A DNA stretch of 64,000 nucleotides from Octopus sinensis (taxonomy: Eukaryota), in the NCBI RefSeq assembly GCF_006345805.1, contig NC_043021.1, forward strand, positions 8,866,001 to 8,930,000, read 5' to 3'. The translations under genes and the position numbers were made by a program. The first letter of the stretch is position 1. Each line of letters begins with the position of its first letter. The notes under the pieces are model-generated. The model saw only the letters and a list, made by a program, of their open reading frames with translations. It had not been told where the DNA came from and did not search any database. This document shows, one piece after another, positions 56,216-64,000 of the stretch.

Positions 56216-56561
56216 CATACATACATACATACATACATACATACATACATACATACATGCATGCATACATGTATCCTAAATTCATATACTACAAATGATC
56301 ACGAGAGCTGGGACTATAAAAGTCTGCAAGACCTTAAGATTTAAAGGGTGATGGTTAAAGCAAGATACTTTTCCTTCACAACCTTGCTACCGCGTAGGTG
56401 GCCGGCCAAAATTTACTCTGAAATTAAAATGAGAAAGAAAAGAACATACATACATACATACATACATAAATACATACATACATACATACATACATACATA
56501 CATACATACATACATACATAGATACATACATACATACATACATACATACATACATACATAA

Positions 56562-56720
56562 CGGGAAGCTTACGAAAATAAACAAAAGACGAAGGCAGGT
56601 GGAGTACAAACAAACAATTGTATTAGTATGGCGCTCAGGAATAGAAATAAAACAAGTCTTTTACGTTTCGAGCCTACGCTCATCGACTGAAAGATACACA
56701 GAAAAAAAAACAAGGAGAGA
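56562..56720 (-). mobile_element. Second Penelope-like terminal-repeat fragment
   Basis: Homologous to 38596-38760; gagc-gtag-gctc-GAAA-cg-UA at 56658-56693. Confidence 0.5.
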
Positions 56721-56766
56721 AACAAGGAGAGAAAAAAATCCGTACAGGAGCTAACGATTTAACACA

Positions 56767-56797
<31 letters not shown>

Positions 56798-56798
<1 letters not shown>

Positions 56799-57015
56799 GG
56801 AGCACTCTGTCAGTTACGACGACGAGGGTCCCAGCTGATACGATCAACGGAACAACAGCCTGCTCGTGAAATTAACGTGCAAGTGGCTGAGTACTCCACA
56901 GACACGTATACCCTTAACGTAAATCGCAAGGAGATCCAGCGTGACACAGAGTGTGACAAGGCTGGCCCCTTTTTTGAAATACAGGTACTACTCATTTTTG
57001 CCAGCTGAGTGGACT
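56798..57015 (-). mobile_element. 5'-truncated SINE-D (Meta-like domain and C-type tail)
   Basis: gtccactcagctggcaaaaatgagtagtacctg...cgtcgtaactgacagagtgctcc. Confidence 0.8.
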
Positions 57016-57308
57016 GTATGTCCACCGTACATACATACATACGTACGTACATACATACATACATACATACATACATACATACATACATACATACATACAT
57101 ACATACATACATACATACATAGTCACTGGTAATGGAGAAATTATCTCACAATCACTTGAGTCTGAGACACCAATAGCAGAATTCTTTTCTTCTCGTTTCT
57201 TACTCTGTATTTTTTTTTTTTTTTTTAGGAGAACAGTGGTTCCAAACCTGGGGTCGGCAAAGATGGTAGTGGAGGTCCGTGAACTTGTAGCGAACACATT
57301 CCCTTCAG

Positions 57309-57552
57309 GGTTGGTGAAAACGATGTGGTGGACAACGAAAAACCTGGCTGATGACAGTCAAGGCTGATCTGAGACCCAACCTAGGCCCCCATGTCTACGG
57401 CGTTCGCCGCTGGAATAGGGAGTGGTTGGAGATCACGAGGTCGTTAGCCTCAAATCGCCAGGCCTGGTCGGCGTTTGTGAGAGATGCAGCATTGAGGATG
57501 AATAAAGCCAGCTCAACCTATCCCGGGTGAATGCTGTCTCAAGACAAGAAGA
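57309..57552 (+). mobile_element. 3' end of an RTE-clade LINE
   Basis: GW*KRCGGQRKTWLMTVKADL...WNREWLEITRSLASNRQAWSAFV...PG* (stop at 57528-57530), then a short caaga tail. Confidence 0.75.
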
Positions 57553-58269
57553 TACATACGTCACTACTTGAAGTAAAACATTTTATTCTTTTTAAGCGTT
57601 TTAAACATAAAGCTTAAGTAGAAAAACAGCTTGCATAATTGGCATGTCGAAATTGTTGCTTTTGTTTGATCAGTTATTCATGTCGATATAAGCCCCTTCA
57701 TGCGTAGAATAAAGCAAGCCACTTCTTTGTTATGTACTCTCAAAGATTATACAGAATGCGCACTCTTAACTTCATTCAAATATTTTTTTTTAAATTTGTC
57801 TGCTAGAATCCTAGATACAGTTGATCGAGCAACAAAAAAAAAATTTTTAAGCTAAATATTTCACTTTTTTACGAGCTTTGTGTTTATTTATGATAGCGAA
57901 TTTTAATATTATTATTTTTTTCTTTTGAAAGTTATTGTTTTTGCGCTTCTTTGTATTATCAATAACGTTCCTACAGTTTTGGCATATTGGAAAGTCGAGT
58001 TCTTTGGAGAGTTTATAAGACAAAGGAGTAACGGAAAGAATGTGAGCACAGCATGCGAGCACATCCGCAACATGCGAGCTGTGCAGCATTTATTTGGCAC
58101 AATTAATTGTTTAATTTTTATTTCATAATTCAAAATATAATGTACCACATGAAGTTGAAAGATCGTCAAGTGAGGCAGTATTGCATGTACGTACACGCAT
58201 GCGTATATACAAATACACACGCACACTCAAGCACACTCACAGGCAGGCACATACACACACTTACACATA

Positions 58270-58320
<51 letters not shown>

Positions 58321-58516
58321 GGAAAAACACATGCATATGTACGTAGATGCATAAGGATACATATATATTTTAAGTTTATCTCCACAGATTTTCTATAGAC
58401 TTCAGAGCCAGCACTGGCGGTTCTGTAGAGATAAACTTTAAAATGAAAACATCGCGCTGCTAACACAAAAGTAAGGCGTGATATTGAAGTGTAAGCATTT
58501 AATATACTTGGAAGCA

Positions 58517-58890
58517 AGGCGGCGAGCTGGCAGAGACGTTTGCACGTCGGACGAAACGCTTAGCAGCATTTCGCCTGCCGCTACGTTCTGAGTTCAAATT
58601 CCGCCGAGGTCGACTTTGCCTTTCATCATTTCGGGGTCGATAAATTAAGAACCAGTTGCGCACTGGGGTCGATATAATCGACTTAATCCGTTTGTCTGTC
58701 CTTGTTTGTCCCCTCTGTGTTTAGCTCCTTGTGGGTAGTAAAGAAATAGGTATTTCGTCCGAGTTCAAATATCGCCGAGATCGACATTGTTTTTCATCCT
58801 TTCAGGGTCGATAAAATAGGTACCAGTTGAGCTTTGGGGGTCAATTTAATCGATTTACCCCTCCTCGGAATTGCTGGTTTCAAACCAGAC
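58517..58890 (+). mobile_element. Heterodimeric SINE-A (young alpha unit then old gamma-type unit)
   Basis: Junction aaagaaatag|gtatttcgtc at 58750; the second unit is visibly more diverged and ends gaattgctgg. Confidence 0.85.
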
Positions 58891-58974
58891 AATTTTTTTT
58901 TTAATTGTTCCAGTGAGGTATGTGAATTGTGGTATTTTGATTCTCTGGTAATTAGCGTCAGGTTCCATATCTAC

Positions 58975-59310
58975 ATCTTGTACCATTATGTAAATGAGTC
59001 GAATCATCATGTAAAGAATTTGCATTATTATGCAAATGAGCCGTATCACTATGAAAATGTGGTTTACTATTATGTAAAGGGGCTGCACCATTATGTTAAT
59101 GAGTTGCACTTTTACGTAAATGAACGAACTATTATGTAAATGAGTTGCACCATTATGTAAATTAGTTGTGCTATTATAAAAATGAGATGTGCTATTATGA
59201 AAATAGAGGGTGCTATTATGTAAACGAGTTGTGCTGTTATGTAAATGAGCTGCACAATTATGTAAATGAGTCATGCTGTTATGAAAAATTAGACTGCTAT
59301 TATGAAAATG
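58975..59310. repeat. Degenerate ~21-bp minisatellite
   Basis: Unit approximately attatgtaaatgagttgcacc. Confidence 0.85.
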
Positions 59311-59316
59311 TTATTA

Positions 59317-59916
59317 AGGCGACGAGCTGGTAGAATAGTTAGCAGGCCGAGCAAAATGGTTAGCGGTATTTCGTCTGCCGTTACGTTCTGAGTTCAAATT
59401 CCGCCGAGGTCGACTTTGCCTTTCATCCTTTCGGGGTCGATTAAATAAGTATCAGTTACGCACTGGGGTCGATATAATCGACTTAATACGTTTGTCTGTC
59501 CTTGTTTGTCCTCTCTATGTTTAGCCCCTTGTGGGTAATAAAGAAATAGGTATTTCGTCTGCCGTTACGTTCTGAGTTCAAATTCCGCCGAGGTCGACTT
59601 TGCCTTTCATCCTTTCGGGGTCGATTAAATAAGTACCAGTTACGCACTGGGGTCGATGTAATCGACTTAATCCGTTTGTCTGTCCTTGTTTGTCCTCTCT
59701 GTGTTTAGCCCCTTGTGGGTAATAAAGAAATAGGTATTTCGTCTGCCGTTACGTTCTGAGTTCAAATTCCGCCCAGGTCGACTTTGCCTTTCATCCTTTT
59801 GGGGTCGATTAAATAAGTACCAGTTACGCACTGGGGTCGATATAATCGACTTAATCCGTTTGTCTGTCCTTGTTTGTCCTCTCTGTGTTTAGCCCCTTGT
59901 GGGTAGTAAAGAAATA
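59317..59916 (+). mobile_element. Trimeric alpha-tailed SINE-A
   Basis: One head; units at 59366, 59550 and 59734 (period 184). Confidence 0.95.
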
Positions 59917-60102
59917 GGGTTTTTTTCCACTATATTTCGAATCTTGGGAATAAAGGAGAGGCAACCAAACCTGAGGAGTCCCGAGGACGACGAAACCAGT
60001 TAATGTTTTGACCCTCTATTCAACATAGAAGGAAGGACCTGTGAGATCTAATTTCACGAGATCTAATTTCACAGAGAAAATAAATATATGTCTCTTTTAG
60101 GC

Positions 60103-60503
60103 TCTTTTACTTGATTCAGTTATTTCACAGTGGCCATGCTGGAGCACTGCCTTTAGTCGAGCAAATCGACCCCAGGACTTATTTTTTGTAAGCCTAGTAC
60201 TTATTCTATCGTTCTCTTTTACCAAACCGCTAAGTTACGGGGACGTAAACACACCAGCATCGGTTCTCAAGCGATATTGGGGGACAAACACAGACACACA
60301 AACATACACACACACGCATACGGACACGCACACACACATATATATATACATATATACGACGGGCTTCTTTCAGTTTCCGCCTACAAAATCTTCTCACAAG
60401 ACTATCGTAGAAGACACTTGCCCAAGGTGCCACGCAGTGGGACTGAACCCGGAACCATGTGGTTGGTAAGCAAGCTACTTACCACACAGCCACTCCTGCG
60501 CCC
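60103..60503 (-). mobile_element. SINE-B with small internal deletion
   Basis: Inverted relative to 60696-61122. Confidence 0.9.
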
Positions 60504-60695
60504 ATATATAACTGTTCAATTTGACAACTCCACTAGAATGGACGAAAGCGCTAATATATTATATATGATATATGATGTATAAAAATATGTAATATACAAA
60601 TAAATATCTGTAAATATAAAACCATCCGAATTTCTGAGTACCTCATTTCTTCTAATATAAAATACCTGTACATCATCTCCAAACCTTCTAATAAA

Positions 60696-60862
60696 CAGGA
60701 GTGGCTGTGTGGTAAGTAGCTTGCTAACCAACCACATGGTTGCGGGTTCAGTCCCACTGCGTGGCACCTTGGGCAAGTGTCTTCTGCTATAGCCCCGGGC
60801 TGACCAATGCCTTGTGAGTGGATTTGGTAGACGGAAACTAAAAGAAGCCTGTCGTATATATG

Positions 60863-60914
<52 letters not shown>

Positions 60915-61122
60915 TGTGTCTGTGTTTGTCTCCCTAGCATTGCTTGACAACCGATGCTGGTGTGTTTACGTCCCCGTCACTTAGCGGTTCGACAAAAAGA
61001 GACCGATAGAATAAGTACTGGGCTTAGAAAGAATAAGTCCCGGGGTCGAGTTGCTCGACTAAAGGCGGTGCTCCAGCATGGCCGCAGTCAAATGACTGAA
61101 ACAAGTAAAAGAGTAAAAGAGT
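60696..61122 (+). mobile_element. Full-length SINE-B flanked by a 98-bp direct repeat
   Basis: 60598-60695 and 61123-61220 differ at one base. Confidence 0.93.
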
Positions 61123-61219
61123 AAATAAATATCTGTAAATATAAAACCATCCGAATTTCTGAGTACCTCATTTCTTTTAATATAAAATACCTGTACATCA
61201 TCTCCAAACCTTCTAATAA

Positions 61220-61250
<31 letters not shown>

Positions 61251-62386
61251 TATACACTCATATATGCTTGTGGGAAGGGGTACGTAGAACTAATGCAGTA
61301 AAATTATGCCAGGTATTTCTCAAATTGGAAACGTGTCATTGTTTTCGTTATCAACATTCCAATGATGGAACTTTGTATCTTTGTGCGAAACCAGCTCCTT
61401 TCTTGCAGGAAGATTTCAAATAATTATAAATGGAAGAGAATCATGTATATATGTGTGTATATAAATCTGTATGTATGTATGTATGTACAAAACGAATAGA
61501 CATACATAGAAACATAAGCATGTACATATACCTTTTTTTTAAAAATGCATAAATATATCTATATATAAGTGTGTGTGTATGTGTATTAAAAAAGGACGAA
61601 ACAATGCAACTCCATGGATTTTTCCAGAACATAAAAGACGTGAAACAAAAAAAAAAAGAAAATGAGGAAAGTAAACAAAAGGGAATCCTTATTTGTTAAT
61701 TAAATAAAGATTTAAACTTGAATAACTGATCGTGATTCTCCAGAATGGAACTAATACATAACGCCTCGCATTCGTTCTTGGTAGGGTTCGCGCGGGCGCA
61801 CATGTGTGTGTGGGGGGAGGGAGAGGTGCGTGAGCAAACGCTATGCTTGTTTGTTTGTGGGGATGAGGATACTTTTTGCTTTTTGTCTTTTTTTGTTGTG
61901 TTTTCTTATTTGTTTTGTTTTTTGTTCTGACAAATGCAAACCTTACAGCAATAAAGATATTGTATTATCTTACAAAGCACACACGGACAGAGACAGAAAC
62001 ACACTCATGCACGCACGCACGTACATACATACACATATCACACATATCACACATATCACACACACTTTACAGACCTAGTAAAACATTATATATATGCTTT
62101 TTTCCATTGTAAACCGAATGAAGCGCTAGGGAAAACCAGCGACTCAAGGCTACGTTGGTTAATAGACTTCCCAGAATAAACGGAAGGCCGTTGCCAAACT
62201 ACACACATGCGCATACACATGGACACACACACACAGACACACACACACACGCACACACATACGCATATACATATGTTTATATAAAATTATATATATTAAA
62301 TCATATACATACAGATATATGTATGTATGTATGCATATATATATACATATATATGTCTATATATGGGTATGCATGCATATATATAA

Positions 62387-62417
<31 letters not shown>

Positions 62418-62508
62418 ATATGTATGTATGTATGTATGTAAGTATGTATGTATGTATGTATGTATGTATGTATGAATGTATGCATGTTTGTATGTGTTTG
62501 TATGTATG

Positions 62509-62564
<56 letters not shown>

Positions 62565-62589
62565 TATGTCTATACATGGGTATGCATGC

Positions 62590-62621
<32 letters not shown>

Positions 62622-63423
62622 TTATGTTTGTATGCATGTATGTATGTTTGTATGCATGTATGTATGTATGTATGCATGTATGTATTATGTATGTATATCT
62701 GTATGTATGTATGCATGTATGTATTACGTGCATCAATGCCGAAATATTTTCTCAGTGTTGCTGGGGTTACCATATATATGAGATTGCATGTATGTGTATG
62801 TGTGTGTGTGTGTGTGTGTGTTTGTATGCGTGCGTGAGAGAGAGGTGCTGAGAGGGAGAGAAGACTATTTAAGGAGAGATGGAAAAGGGGTTTTAATGCA
62901 CAAAATACATTTAAAAAAAAAAAGATTAACGACTGGAAATGCCTCAGATTTAAAATTTAAGGAAATGGGAAAATTAACAGGGAAAATATTCATAAAACTA
63001 ACAGACAAGACACACACACACACACACACATATCCACAATCATTGGACGTCGTTATACACCATTGAACACAATGCACTTCCTCGCGTCGTTGTAGCTTTC
63101 GAAGGATGCCACGTCGCTGGCTACGTGAGCAGGCAGGGTAAACATTCTCTGTGAACGGGACACCAGACCGTCGCAGTGCTTACCCATTAACAGCTGAGTG
63201 GACTGGGGCAATGTGAAATTAAGTAGTTTGTTCAAGAACACAACACGCCTCTGGTTTTCGAGTCGAAACGACGGTCTTGCGATCGTGAGTGTAACACCTA
63301 ACCATTCGACCTCAACTCTTCATACACACACAAACACACACACGGGTAAGCACATAAATGCTAAAAGAAGGTGGGGAAAAAATAGTACTCGAATACCTAA
63401 GGTACAGTAATATGCATTTTCTT

Positions 63424-63939
63424 CCGAGGTCGACTCTGCCTTTCATCCTTTCGGGGTCGATAAATTAAGTACCAGTTACGCACTGGGGTCGATGTAATCG
63501 ACTTAATCCGTTTGTCTGTCCTTGTTTGTCCCCTCTGTGTTTAGCCCCTTGTCGGTAATAAAGAAATAAATATTTGGCCTGTCGCTACGCTCTGAGTTCA
63601 AATTCCACCGAGGTCGATTTTGCCTTTCATCCTTTCGGGGTCGATAAATTAAGTACCAGTTACGCACTGGGGTCGATGTAATCGACTTAATCCGTTTGTC
63701 TGTCCTTGTTTGTCCCCTCTGTGTTTAGCCCCTTGTCGGTAATAAAGAAATAAATATTTGGCCTGTCGCTACGCTCTGAGTTCAAATTCCACCGAGGTCG
63801 ATTTTGCCTTTCATCCTTTCGGGGTCGATAAATTAAGTACCAGTTACGCACTGGGGTCGATGTAATCGACTTAATCCGTCTGTTTGTCCTTGTTTGTCCC
63901 CTCTGTGTTTAGCCCCTTGTAGGTAGTAAAGAAAGAAAA
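63424..63939 (+). mobile_element. 5'-truncated trimeric alpha-tailed SINE-A with 15-bp TSD
   Basis: aatatgcattttctt at 63409-63423 and 63940-63954; units at 63570 and 63754 (period 184). Confidence 0.95.
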
Positions 63940-64000
63940 AATATGCATTTTCTTATTAAGCCTGTAGAAACATCGCAGAAACTGTTACTCAAAGTTTCAC

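Noticed and set aside
59366-59916. Regularly spaced repeats resembling a CRISPR array or msr/msd-like RT partner
   Set aside because: Whole 184-bp units repeat with no unique spacers; the sequence is SINE body in a eukaryotic context with no cas or retron genes.

Overview
AT-rich, microsatellite-dense eukaryotic DNA that looks intergenic or intronic. It is almost certainly a coleoid cephalopod, probably Octopus; this rests on my recognition of the SINE families, not on a search. No host gene is confidently seen, and most listed ORFs are translations of simple repeats. The centrepiece is a full-length, young L1/Tx1-clade non-LTR retrotransposon (7320-12670). It has a CCHC ORF1 with two 1-nt frameshifts and an intact 1133-aa APE-RT-zinc-finger ORF2. 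It is inserted with a perfect 16-bp TSD into the tRNA-derived head of a SINE (here 'SINE-A'). The 3' tail of one SINE-A subfamily is 31/34 identical to the 3' end of this LINE. The same subfamily forms ~184-bp head-to-tail arrays whose junctions fall at the same nucleotide where the LINE inserted. Together this suggests a LINE/SINE pair in which the SINE is both passenger and target of the LINE. Also present: three more modular SINE families, an R4/Dong-like 3' end abutting (AAT)n, CR1 and RTE fragments, hATm-, Tigger-, Tc1/mariner- and possibly Academ-like relics, hAT, piggyBac and mariner MITEs, two Helentron-type elements, Penelope-type minimal hammerhead ribozymes, and a SINE with a 98-bp flanking duplication.
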